Origin: an uncultured Verrucomicrobiae bacterium
Lineage (GTDB): Bacteria; Verrucomicrobiota; Verrucomicrobiia; Chthoniobacterales; UBA10450
Direction of reading: 5' to 3'
DNA length: 64,000 nucleotides
Assembly (NCBI GenBank): GCA_963735805.1
Contig: CAVTMK010000002.1
Location: forward strand, 1,184,001-1,248,000
Shown in pieces: positions 9,464 through 18,510 of the stretch; position 1 is the first letter of the stretch, and each line of letters opens with the position of its first letter. The notes below the pieces were generated by a model. It was not told the origin of the DNA, made no database searches, and was given only the letters and a program-made list of their open reading frames with translations. A program made the translations under genes and the position numbers.

Positions 9464-9766
9464 CTATACCAAGCCGCCGAGGCCGCCGGTAATCCTGCTC
9501 ATTTCTGATTGCGCGAGCGCTTTTCCTTGTTCTACGGCCTGCTGAACCGCGCTGAGAACCGTTTCTTCGAGAAATTCGACGTCATCCGGATCGACAATTT
9601 CTTTGTCGATCTTAACGGCGAGAACGTCACCGGCGCCGTTTGCTGTCACTTTCACTTTGCCGCCACCCGCGGTCACTTCGACAGTTTTGGTTTCGAGCTC
9701 GGCCTGCGTTTTGGCCATTTGCTCCTGCATCTTCTGAGCCTGCTTCATTAACTTATTTAGATTCAT
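9464..9766 (-). CDS. ybaB: YbaB/EbfC nucleoid-associated protein
   Basis: MKQAQKMQ, AGGG.VKV..NG, DPDDVEFLEE; downstream of dnaX. Confidence 0.95.
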   Translation of the reverse strand: MNLNKLMKQAQKMQEQMAKTQAELETKTVEVTAGGGKVKVTANGAGDVLAVKIDKEIVDPDDVEFLEETVLSAVQQAVEQGKALAQSEMSRITGGLGGLV

Positions 9767-9798
9767 GACTTGTGTGCGACGAACGGAGGAGTCGCGCT

Positions 9799-11436
9799 TT
9801 AGCTTTCTTGTACTATCTGAGCGTTGAACAACCCAATGGCTTGTTGAATAAGCGGGTCTTCTTTGAAATCTTCAGGTCGAGAACCCTCGGAAGCCGCTGC
9901 TTGTTTGGACGGGAGGTCTTCCTTTACAGAGAGCTTAACACTCCAGTCCGTTCCGGTGATCTCATGAAGTATTGTTTCAAGCAATTTGCGATTGGCTTGC
10001 GTCCCCAGGATGTCCATCATCGCTTTGTCGCCAGGTGCGAAACCGAGCTGAAAGTTGCGCCCCTCGATCCCAAGGACGTGGGCCACCGCAGCAGAATTTC
10101 GCACAAAAGCCTTTTGCGCGGGAATTTTGGCGAGAGTCTTTTGCCAGATTTCATTCGCATCAAGCGACGTTTCGGCCACGCGCGGCGCGCTCGCCTCAAG
10201 GCCGCCGCCTGCTCGCGAAACATTTTTGGAGTTGCTCACTGCGGCCTTCTCTGCGCGTGAGTTTTCGCCGTGGCGGTCAGCGTCCGCGGGTACAGATTTT
10301 CCATCGCGCAGTTGACTAAGCTTTTCAATTACCTCATCCAACGTTGCTTGTCCGAGGGTTTGAATGGCCTTGATGATCGCGACCTCGAAATGCAGCATCT
10401 TGTTAGGCACCCATTTCATCCGGCCCTCGGCGACTGCAAATTGATCGATGAGCTCCAGCAAACGTTCCATCGTGATCAGGTTGGCATGTGACGCGAGCGA
10501 AGTTTGTACTTCGGGCTCGACGTCTTCCTTCACTGCATCCGGTTTGGCCTTGAATACGAGCAGATCGCGCAGGTAAGCGATCAAGTCAGACATGAGACGC
10601 ATCATGTCTTTGCCGGCCCCATTTTGCTGATGAAGCAGATCGATTGCACCGGGGGTTTCGCCTTGCAAAATTTGCCCGATCAAATCGACAACCGTTTGTT
10701 CGCTTGTAAACCCGAAAACATCGAGCACATCGTTCTCGCTTATCTTTTCTCCGCAAAATGCCACCAGTTGATCGAGCATCGATTCCGCATCGCGTAGACC
10801 GCCCTCGGCTCCGCGCGCAATCGCGTGCGCAGCTGCGGGTTCGAGCGAAATTTTTTCTTTTCCGGCAATGAATTGCAGATGTTTCGAGATGAGATTTGCC
10901 GGGATGCGATGCAGATCGAAGCGTTGGCAACGGCTCAGGATGGTTGGCAACACTTTCTGTGGCTCAGTAGTCGCGAAAATAAATTTCACATGCGCGGGAG
11001 GCTCTTCGAGAGTTTTCAGGAGCGCATTGAACGCCGCGGGCGAGAGCATGTGCACTTCGTCGATCAGATAAATTTTGTAGCGTCCTTTCGCCGGCGCATA
11101 TCGAACGTTCTCACGGAGTTGGCGGACATCTTCCACGCTGTTGTTGCTCGCGCCGTCGATCTCGATCACGTCGAGACTATTGCCGCCGGCAATCTCGCGG
11201 CAGTTATCGCATACGCCACAGGGAGTGACGGTGGGTCCTTCCACGCAATTGAGCGACTTTGCGAGAATCCGTGCGGTCGATGTTTTTCCCACACCGCGCG
11301 GACCAACGAACAGATAGGCGTGAGCAAGGCGGTTTTGCGCGACGGCGTTTTTCAAGGTGCGCGAGACGTGGGCCTGACCTACCAGATCGTCGAATGTTTG
11401 CGGCCGATATTTCCTGGCAAAAACCTCGTAACTCAC
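9799..11436 (-). CDS. dnaX: DNA polymerase III subunit gamma/tau
   Basis: ARKYRPQTF, GPRGVGKTS, C4 zinc site, IDEVHML, SRCQ. Confidence 0.99.
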   Translation of the reverse strand: MSYEVFARKYRPQTFDDLVGQAHVSRTLKNAVAQNRLAHAYLFVGPRGVGKTSTARILAKSLNCVEGPTVTPCGVCDNCREIAGGNSLDVIEIDGASNNSVEDVRQLRENVRYAPAKGRYKIYLIDEVHMLSPAAFNALLKTLEEPPAHVKFIFATTEPQKVLPTILSRCQRFDLHRIPANLISKHLQFIAGKEKISLEPAAAHAIARGAEGGLRDAESMLDQLVAFCGEKISENDVLDVFGFTSEQTVVDLIGQILQGETPGAIDLLHQQNGAGKDMMRLMSDLIAYLRDLLVFKAKPDAVKEDVEPEVQTSLASHANLITMERLLELIDQFAVAEGRMKWVPNKMLHFEVAIIKAIQTLGQATLDEVIEKLSQLRDGKSVPADADRHGENSRAEKAAVSNSKNVSRAGGGLEASAPRVAETSLDANEIWQKTLAKIPAQKAFVRNSAAVAHVLGIEGRNFQLGFAPGDKAMMDILGTQANRKLLETILHEITGTDWSVKLSVKEDLPSKQAAASEGSRPEDFKEDPLIQQAIGLFNAQIVQES

Positions 11437-11515
11437 GCGTTCAATCTAACGAAAAAGCCGCCTTGCGAAAGCCTTAGGAGTTGATCCCTGATCGTTGATA
11501 GCTGATGGATGGCGG

Positions 11516-12724
11516 ATGACGTCGAAGCGGTGTGCTGGCTTTGCGGGTCTGCTCTTGCTGGTAATCGCGTTCGATTGCTCTGGGCGTGAGCCGATAAAGC
11601 GTCCGCCAACCACACCTGTTGTCGAAAGCAAGATAGTTCGCGCGCGAGATCTTGGGATTCCATTTGAAGGTACGCCAGGAAAGGTTAATGCGATCACCGA
11701 TGTTCCCGGAGTCGAGGTCGGCTATGCGACATTGATCAGCGGTGAAGGGAAACTGGAAGTGGGGAAAGGTCCGGTGCGTACTGGTGTAACTGCGATTCTG
11801 CCGCGGGGCCATGCTTCACTGAATGATCCAGTCTATGCCGGGTTCTTCAGCTTAAACGGCAATGGCGAGATGACCGGCACAGCGTGGGTTGATGAGAGTG
11901 GGTTTCTCGAAGGGCCGATTGTTGTCACAAACACACACAGTGTTGGCGTGGCGCGCGACGCGGTCATTGCCTGGCGCGTCAAACACGGCGCAGCCGATAA
12001 GACCGGTTACTGGTGGAGTTTGCCTGTTGTTGCTGAGACATGGGACGGCTGGCTCAATGACATCAACGGTTTTCACGTTAAACCGGACGATGTCTGGCGT
12101 GCGCTCGACAGTGCTCACGGCGGGCCGCTCGAAGAGGGAAGCGTTGGCGGTGGGACGGGAATGATCTGCTACGAATTCAAAGGCGGAAACGGAACTGCTT
12201 CGCGCATCATCGACCTCAGCGTTTCGAAGAATGCGTCCCCGCGAACTTTTGTTGTCGGAGTGTTCTTACAGGCAAATTTCGGACGCAGGGCTCAACTCGT
12301 GATCGCCGGCGCCCCAGTCGGCAAAGAAATTCCAGGCGAGGTTTATAAAGAGGAAAGCGGGTCGTGCATCGCCGTAGTCGCGACTGACGCGCCGCTTTTG
12401 CCAAACCAGTTAAAGCGACTCGCGCGTCGGGTATCGCTGGGTCTCGCGCGGACGGGAACGATTTCCGGAAACGGATCGGGCGATTTGTTCATCGCATTTT
12501 CAACTGCAAACCCGAATGTCGCAGATCCAGGTCAGATAACGCACAACGTGCAGACAATTCCAAATGATCTCCTTGACCCGCTTTTTGCCGGCGTGGTGCA
12601 GGCAACGGAAGAAGCGGTGGTGAATGCCTTGGTCGACAATCACTCCATGACCGGCCGTGACAATCATCGCGTCGAAGCGCTGCCGCACGATCGCGTGCGC
12701 GAAATTATGAAGCGTTCCCGTTGA
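11516..12724 (+). CDS. DmpA/P1 family (S58) aminopeptidase with signal peptide
   Basis: NAITDVPGVEVG, RTGVT, LNGNGEMTG, PVVAETWD, G|SCIAVVATDAPL autoprocessing site. Confidence 0.92.
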   Translation: MTSKRCAGFAGLLLLVIAFDCSGREPIKRPPTTPVVESKIVRARDLGIPFEGTPGKVNAITDVPGVEVGYATLISGEGKLEVGKGPVRTGVTAILPRGHASLNDPVYAGFFSLNGNGEMTGTAWVDESGFLEGPIVVTNTHSVGVARDAVIAWRVKHGAADKTGYWWSLPVVAETWDGWLNDINGFHVKPDDVWRALDSAHGGPLEEGSVGGGTGMICYEFKGGNGTASRIIDLSVSKNASPRTFVVGVFLQANFGRRAQLVIAGAPVGKEIPGEVYKEESGSCIAVVATDAPLLPNQLKRLARRVSLGLARTGTISGNGSGDLFIAFSTANPNVADPGQITHNVQTIPNDLLDPLFAGVVQATEEAVVNALVDNHSMTGRDNHRVEALPHDRVREIMKRSR

Positions 12725-12749
12725 ATCCTGAACTGGTATTTCCCAGCGC

Positions 12750-12821
12750 TGTAGCCACGGCGCTGTGTCGCCGCGCCGATAGCAATAAGTCAGAGCGCCT
12801 CCGCACAGCGAGGCGGCTACA
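12750..12821. repeat. GTAG-type REP doublet (family A)
   Basis: tgtagccacggcgctgtgtcgccg ... cgcctccgcacagcgaggcggctaca; near-identical ends at 48755 and 63369. Confidence 0.85.
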
Positions 12822-12838
12822 GCATCGATGAAAACGCT

Positions 12839-13219
12839 CTAGATCATCATGATCAACACCGGCACAACTTTTGTCGCGGCGATCTCCAGAATATGAAGTG
12901 TTAATTTTTCCGCGCGTTCCTGCGACTGCGCCGGCTGGCTGTCGACAAAAACTCTCAGATCACGCTTTTGATTCTCCACGAAAAAGTCGAAGTCCTCCTT
13001 GTCGATCTCCCGTTTTTTTAAAAGAACAAGACGCTCCTCGAGTTCCTGTGCGTTTTGGCGAATCAGCTCGCTGGTGTCGCCTTTCGCTTGCGCGAGCAAA
13101 TCCTCAAATTCTTTCATCGAGGCCGCGACTGATTCGTCGGTGACCTGATCGAGCGCCGAGTCGAGTTCCGATTTCTTCTTGGAAGATTTCTTGCGCTTGG
13201 ATTTACCGGCCGAGGGCAT
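12839..13219 (-). CDS. hypothetical helical protein
   Basis: 126-aa ORF, Lys-rich N-terminus, overlaps upstream gene by 17 nt. Confidence 0.7.
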   Translation of the reverse strand: MPSAGKSKRKKSSKKKSELDSALDQVTDESVAASMKEFEDLLAQAKGDTSELIRQNAQELEERLVLLKKREIDKEDFDFFVENQKRDLRVFVDSQPAQSQERAEKLTLHILEIAATKVVPVLIMMI

Positions 13220-13619
13220 GATCGTAAATCTTGTTGACGTCTTTTTTCATCTCACTCGCCAACGCGGGAGTGACTTTCCCATGGCTGGCTTTGCTTCGTA
13301 AATGGGCTGCATCGGCATCGAATTGCCCTTTGAGATCGACCAGCACGGGACGGCGCGCCGTGAATTTCTCATCGGCGATAGCCTGCTGAAACTTCGCGTT
13401 ACCTTCGTTCACCCTGGCGTCGAATGCCGTAGGGTTGAATGGTTTTCCAGGAACTGCAAAATCGTCGATAAATGCGAGCTCAAAATTTCGCAGACTTTCG
13501 ATTTGGGCATCGCTTCCGGTCTTGCTGAAGGTCGCAGTGCCACAACTTGTGAGGGCGATTGCCGCAGCGCAGAGAAGAGCACTTCGAACGATGAAATTCT
13601 TCGCGGTATTTGAATTCAT
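13203..13619 (-). CDS. putative lipoprotein
   Basis: Signal peptide with lipobox LTSC. Confidence 0.75.
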   Translation of the reverse strand: MNSNTAKNFIVRSALLCAAAIALTSCGTATFSKTGSDAQIESLRNFELAFIDDFAVPGKPFNPTAFDARVNEGNAKFQQAIADEKFTARRPVLVDLKGQFDADAAHLRSKASHGKVTPALASEMKKDVNKIYDHALGR

Positions 13620-13709
13620 AAGGCGCGAGTCGTTAGGCCTTGGATCTTGCGTCTACTTGCGGTCCCATGTCAAGATCTGAAGGGCCGCGGCCTTGAACTC
13701 TATCAGCTC

Positions 13710-15536
13710 TTATTTGGTTGCTTGCTGCAGCGAAGTTGGATCATCAAGCAAGATCCATTCGATTACGGACACGGGCAGACTTCCATTCTTGATCAGGTCA
13801 TCGTGGAATTGACCAAGCCGGAAATTGTCGCCCTGTTTATCTTTGTAACGGCCCAGCAGATTCATGATCTGCCATTTACCGGTGATGTAACTGATTTTTT
13901 GTGTTGGGCTGGACGCTGCGCCTGCCGCTTCGCCTTCGGCTGCTTCGCGATCCAGACCGCCCGCGTCCATGAAATATTTGACGGCTTGTTCGAAACTCCA
14001 TCGGCCAGTGTGCAGATTCACATCAACTCCAATGCGGGCGGCACGATAGCGGGACAATCGCAGGATTTGTCCCTGTGCTGGTGAGTTATTGGAATAAAGC
14101 CCGGTGCGCATCAACATTTCTTCGCCGTAAAGTGCCCAGCCTTCGATGAACACTGAGTCGTCATGCTGGCGGCGGATCTCGTCACCCAAATGATTCGCAA
14201 TCGAGAGCTGAAGAAAATGTCCGGGGATGCCTTCATGTCCCAGAATTGGACGCGGATCTTCAATCGCCGCACGAATATAAAAATTCTTCGATTCCGGATC
14301 GTAGGTGGGAATGAAATAGAATCCGGTAGGGTCCTTGTCGTAAACACCCGGAGGATTCATAAAGCCGCCCGGGCTGGTTGGCTTAAACGCCTCCGGCAAC
14401 TGCCGAATTTGAAACGGCCCGAGATAGTCCGGCAACGTCACAAGATTGTGCTCCTTAAGAAAGCTGATCATTTCTGCTTCGCGGCTTTCGTACGCTTTAA
14501 GGAAGGATTCCTGATCAGGCGGAATGTGACCAGCGCGTTTGGGATCGGGATCGGCGAGTTTTGGATCGGGCAAGAGCGCCTCCAGCGCGCGATACCGGGC
14601 AAGCTCTGCACGCCCGAGCATTTCAACCTGTTCAGCGTTGAGTGGCAGAAGCAAAACGTGCTTGAGGTAATAAGTGTAATTTGCTTCCCCCATCGGCGAA
14701 AAATCGACCATTTTCGGCAGCCGCTTCTCCAGTTCGCCCGCGTAACCATGTAACGCGGTGAGTGTGTTATCGCGCGCTTTGATCAGATCATCGTGCTCAG
14801 CAGGCGAAAGGCCGGCATCCAGCGCCATTAAACTCTTATTCAACAGCGGATCGATTGAGCGTGCCGATTGAATCGCGAGTTGGGCATAGAGCTTGACCGG
14901 GTCCTGCAAATTGGCGAGGCCTTGCTTTAACAGCGCCGGCATTTGTTTTAGGCGCGCCGTCGCAGCGAGCGCTCGTTTTCTCGGCGTATCGTATTCTTTT
15001 TTTAAGAGCGAAAAGATTCCGTTTGTGCATTGATCGGTATAAACCTGCGGATTTGTGCGCTCGAATTTCAGAATGCGATCACCAAAATCGACGTTCTCCA
15101 ATTGCGCGCGGAACAGGATCCAATCAATACGATCGTTCTTGGGCCAGTTATCCGTCTTCATTGCGCGGACTCTCTCCAGCAGCGAACGCACATGTTGCGC
15201 TCGCTGCTCGATCTTTGCCGGCGAATAATCGGTCAACCGATCGTCCCACGTATGCAGTCCGGCGTCGCTGCTCCTGACCGGATGATTCTCATTTCGCCAC
15301 GCGTAATAATCGTCCGCCATCTTGCGCAGCGCTTCGATTGCGTTCGCGTTCTGGTTCGTGAATGCGTCGGTGTTTATGCCAGGCGTCGACTTGGTGATCA
15401 GCGCTTTGTTTGAAACATCCGGGTTGCGCCGGGAAGACGTTTGCGTGACCGCATCGTTTGCAGCAAGAGCGAGTACAAAGGAAACGATACACGAAAAAAT
15501 GAAGTACTTCACCGCTCTGATTCTATTGCGTTCCAT
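13710..15536 (-). CDS. DUF885-family protein
   Basis: HEGIPGHFLQ, FIEGWALYGE, R..VDV.LH, Y..GK motifs; signal peptide. Confidence 0.92.
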   Translation of the reverse strand: MERNRIRAVKYFIFSCIVSFVLALAANDAVTQTSSRRNPDVSNKALITKSTPGINTDAFTNQNANAIEALRKMADDYYAWRNENHPVRSSDAGLHTWDDRLTDYSPAKIEQRAQHVRSLLERVRAMKTDNWPKNDRIDWILFRAQLENVDFGDRILKFERTNPQVYTDQCTNGIFSLLKKEYDTPRKRALAATARLKQMPALLKQGLANLQDPVKLYAQLAIQSARSIDPLLNKSLMALDAGLSPAEHDDLIKARDNTLTALHGYAGELEKRLPKMVDFSPMGEANYTYYLKHVLLLPLNAEQVEMLGRAELARYRALEALLPDPKLADPDPKRAGHIPPDQESFLKAYESREAEMISFLKEHNLVTLPDYLGPFQIRQLPEAFKPTSPGGFMNPPGVYDKDPTGFYFIPTYDPESKNFYIRAAIEDPRPILGHEGIPGHFLQLSIANHLGDEIRRQHDDSVFIEGWALYGEEMLMRTGLYSNNSPAQGQILRLSRYRAARIGVDVNLHTGRWSFEQAVKYFMDAGGLDREAAEGEAAGAASSPTQKISYITGKWQIMNLLGRYKDKQGDNFRLGQFHDDLIKNGSLPVSVIEWILLDDPTSLQQATK

Positions 15537-15647
15537 GGAATGTAAAGCGGCAAAGGGCTGGCGAAATCCAAAAACTGCCTGTAGTTATGAGCGTAGATTA
15601 CGCGGCTGCCTCTCGAAGCGTGGCGGTGTTCCGTCGCCCTTGATCGC

Positions 15648-15854
15648 TCACTCTACGTCGTCGAGTTCTTGCACCAATTGCTGCTTTAAGTGGCGACGCG
15701 CTGCCTTTTTGATTGCGCGGCGCTCCGATGCCACTGCTTCTTTCTCCGCCTGGCGTTCTATTCGCGTCCGCCTTTCGACCGACTCTGCCAAATGTGAAAT
15801 CCTGGGACGGTTCCAACCAATCCGTTGCTCCTTTGGCTTTGCGTAAGGATCCAT
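15648..15854 (-). CDS. small basic hypothetical protein
   Basis: 68-aa ATG ORF starting just after the MFS stop on the same strand. Confidence 0.6.
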   Translation of the reverse strand: MDPYAKPKEQRIGWNRPRISHLAESVERRTRIERQAEKEAVASERRAIKKAARRHLKQQLVQELDDVE

Positions 15855-15862
15855 GGAGAAGG

Positions 15863-17017
15863 TTATCGCTTGCTGTTTGCCATAAAAAGAACGGGAACCG
15901 CGGCAAGCTGAAGAACGACTGAAAACAGTACCACAGCCATGATCGATTTGTCATACAACAGTCCCATCGTTGTGCTTCCTAGAAACCAGGCGATTCCGTA
16001 TCCTGTATCAAACAAGCCAAACGCCGTGCTTCGTTTCTGTGGTGGTATAACACCGGTAAGCATTGCTTGAAACAGCGAACCCTGAGCACTCATTCCGATT
16101 CCCCAGAAAATCATCCCGATTAGTGCGAAATATGCAGGGCCAAGAAAAACAAAGGGTGCCGCCGCTGCGGAAATTAGAAAGGCAAATAAGGAGGTATTTG
16201 GGCCAAATCTGTCAAAAATTCGGCCCAAAGGAATGGATGCAAGAGCGCTCGCAGCCATCGCTGCGGCATAAAAGACGGGTATCACGTTACCCGGCATAAC
16301 GTTCGCCTTTTGAAAATGAAAACCGATCAATGCGAAATCAGCGAACCCTGCGGCGAGCAACGCGCCCGCTACGAAGTAGGTCCAGTAGGCGCGCGTTAGA
16401 TTGGTTGTCGCAAAGGCATGTTCTGCGCCTTCCTCCAATTCATGAGGGCGCGGGTAAAGAAACCGCGCCACACCTAAGGTCCCCAGACAGAGCAAGGCTG
16501 GAATGATCAGCACACCAAAACCGTTCCGATACGTGCCACCGAGGTAGAGAATCAGTGCCATTAGTAATGGGCCGATTGTCGCGCCTGCCTGGTCGAGTGC
16601 TTCGTTCAGTCCAAATACCCAGCCGGCGCCGATTGATCTTCCGGCGTATGAAAGCATTGCTTCCACAGTTGGTTTGCGGATGCCTCTTCCAGCGCGTTCT
16701 GCCACAACCAGACTTGCCGCGAGCGGCCATCGTCCAGCGAGGGCGAGCCCGGGCACTGCGAACATGTTGATCGCATAACCCACGAACGCGAAGACCCAAT
16801 GCCGATGCGATTTGTCTGCGAGGTATCCTGAGATGGACCGTAACCCGTAACCCATCAATTCGCCAAGGCCAGCAACGAAACCAACAATCGCTGCACTCGC
16901 GCCTAACGAACCAAGGAACGGACCGATGATTCCTCGTGCGCCTTCATAGGTAAAGTCGGCGAAGAAGTTCGCAATGCCGATGATAAGAACAAAATGCAGC
17001 GCGGACCTGGTTTTCAT
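15863..17017 (-). CDS. MFS transporter
   Basis: About 12 TM segments; G.LADK, ER.GRGIRKP, GRIFDRFG. Confidence 0.92.
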   Translation of the reverse strand: MKTRSALHFVLIIGIANFFADFTYEGARGIIGPFLGSLGASAAIVGFVAGLGELMGYGLRSISGYLADKSHRHWVFAFVGYAINMFAVPGLALAGRWPLAASLVVAERAGRGIRKPTVEAMLSYAGRSIGAGWVFGLNEALDQAGATIGPLLMALILYLGGTYRNGFGVLIIPALLCLGTLGVARFLYPRPHELEEGAEHAFATTNLTRAYWTYFVAGALLAAGFADFALIGFHFQKANVMPGNVIPVFYAAAMAASALASIPLGRIFDRFGPNTSLFAFLISAAAAPFVFLGPAYFALIGMIFWGIGMSAQGSLFQAMLTGVIPPQKRSTAFGLFDTGYGIAWFLGSTTMGLLYDKSIMAVVLFSVVLQLAAVPVLFMANSKR

Positions 17018-17118
17018 TTAACCACGAATGAACACGAATGGACACCAATAAGGGAGCCGACCGGGAAACACCAGAAATGCTTATTGATTCGCGTTTATTC
17101 GTGTTCATTCGTGGTTAA
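17018..17118. repeat. inverted repeat element (aaccacgaatgaacacgaat / attcgtgttcattcgtggtt)
   Basis: About 22-bp terminal inverted repeats filling the whole divergent intergenic region. Confidence 0.85.
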
Positions 17119-17121
17119 CAC

Positions 17122-17817
17122 ATGAAGACTCTCGGAATCATCGGCGGCCTCGGCCCTGAAAGCACTATCGATTACTACGGAAGGATCATCGCTCTTTATC
17201 GTGAGCGAACCGGCGACGGCAGTTATCCACAATTCATAATCAACAGCATTAATTTGAAGAAAGGACTCGATTTCATGGAGGCAGGCAATCTGGTAGGAAT
17301 GTCGGGTTACCTGCTGAATGAAACTGGCAAATTAGCGCGTGCTGGAGCGACCTTCGGCCTGATCTCGGCAAACACGCCACATATTGTGTTCGATGAAGTC
17401 GCCTCCAAATCGCCGATTCCATTGATCAGCATCGTCGAAGCAACCTGTGCAGTGGCAAAGGCGCAGAAGTTGAAACGGCTTGCTCTGTTGGGGACGCGCT
17501 ACACCATGGAAGCGGGTTTTTATCCGAAGGTTTTCTCTCGAGAAGGGATCGCGCTTTTCGTGCCAGACCCGAAAGATCAGGCTTATATTCATGACAAGTA
17601 CCTGAACGAATTAGTATCCGGCAAATTTTTGCCTCAGACGCGCGCGGGGTTGCTGACAATTGTCGATCGTCTCAAAGAAGGCCGCGATATCGACGGCGTT
17701 ATTCTCGCCGGGACCGAATTACCGCTGATCCTGCGTGACTCAGAACACAACGGGATTCCGTTTCTCGATACGACAAAAATCCATTGTGAAGCTGCAGTGA
17801 CCGAAATGTTATCCTGA
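17122..17817 (+). CDS. aspartate/glutamate racemase-family protein (catalytic Cys absent)
   Basis: GIIGGLGPEST..YY, ANTPH, LLGTRYTM, ILAGTELP. Confidence 0.9.
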   Translation: MKTLGIIGGLGPESTIDYYGRIIALYRERTGDGSYPQFIINSINLKKGLDFMEAGNLVGMSGYLLNETGKLARAGATFGLISANTPHIVFDEVASKSPIPLISIVEATCAVAKAQKLKRLALLGTRYTMEAGFYPKVFSREGIALFVPDPKDQAYIHDKYLNELVSGKFLPQTRAGLLTIVDRLKEGRDIDGVILAGTELPLILRDSEHNGIPFLDTTKIHCEAAVTEMLS

Positions 17818-17839
17818 GTGGCGTCTCAGCTGCAAACTA

Positions 17840-18424
17840 GTGATGAAGGATAGTTCGACGAGGATCGTTACCCTGGTTTTTCTTGGCTGGTTATGCTTTG
17901 CGGTAGGGTTAGGTGGCGGGTTTCATAATGCAACAGCCCCGGCAGTGGCAGTTACTGTATGGATATTAACCGCGTTGGTCTTACTCGCATGTTGGAAAGT
18001 CCCCCCAATCAGAGCATGGGCGTTAAATATCGATCTTCGCTGGTTGGTGTTATTTCATGTGACACGCCTATTTGCCGGCGCGTACTTTCTTTTGCTTTGT
18101 CAGCGCGGACAATTGCCATGCGCTTTCGCAAGACCGGCCGGTGCGGGCGATATCATCGTTGCGGTTTTTGCGTTGGCCGTGGTTAGCGCGATGCGCACTG
18201 AATCTGCAAAGACGCTTTTGCTTATCTGGAACACCATGGGACTTATCGACATCATTCTTGTCGTTTTTGGCGCCCTTCAGTTTGGCTTGAGAGACTGGCA
18301 GGCGATGCACGCGCTGCGGGAATTTCCGCTCAGTCTTCTGCCGACATTTCTGGTGCCGCTGATTATCGCGTCACACGTTTTGATTTTCTTGCGGTTGGCG
18401 CGCAGGGGAATCAATTTGCACTAA
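17840..18424 (+). CDS. hypothetical membrane protein
   Basis: Multiple TM helices; FA.PAG.GD, WN..GL.D, PLSLLPTF.VP motifs. Confidence 0.75.
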   Translation: MMKDSSTRIVTLVFLGWLCFAVGLGGGFHNATAPAVAVTVWILTALVLLACWKVPPIRAWALNIDLRWLVLFHVTRLFAGAYFLLLCQRGQLPCAFARPAGAGDIIVAVFALAVVSAMRTESAKTLLLIWNTMGLIDIILVVFGALQFGLRDWQAMHALREFPLSLLPTFLVPLIIASHVLIFLRLARRGINLH

Positions 18425-18510
18425 TCACTAATCGGCAAACCCTGCGACACGCAGATTTCGAGCGAATTTAGTCTTGCTAAGGAACCGGAACATCGGACAC
18501 GCTGCCAGCG

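Noticed and set aside
9799..11436. Programmed -1 frameshift in dnaX
   Set aside because: No A-AAA-AAG heptamer or long A run was seen after domain III.
9772..11484. Long antisense ORFs opposite dnaX (similar ones lie opposite the DUF885, MBOAT, xseA and SDR genes)
   Set aside because: Typical shadow ORFs from codon bias in GC-rich genes; no protein motifs.
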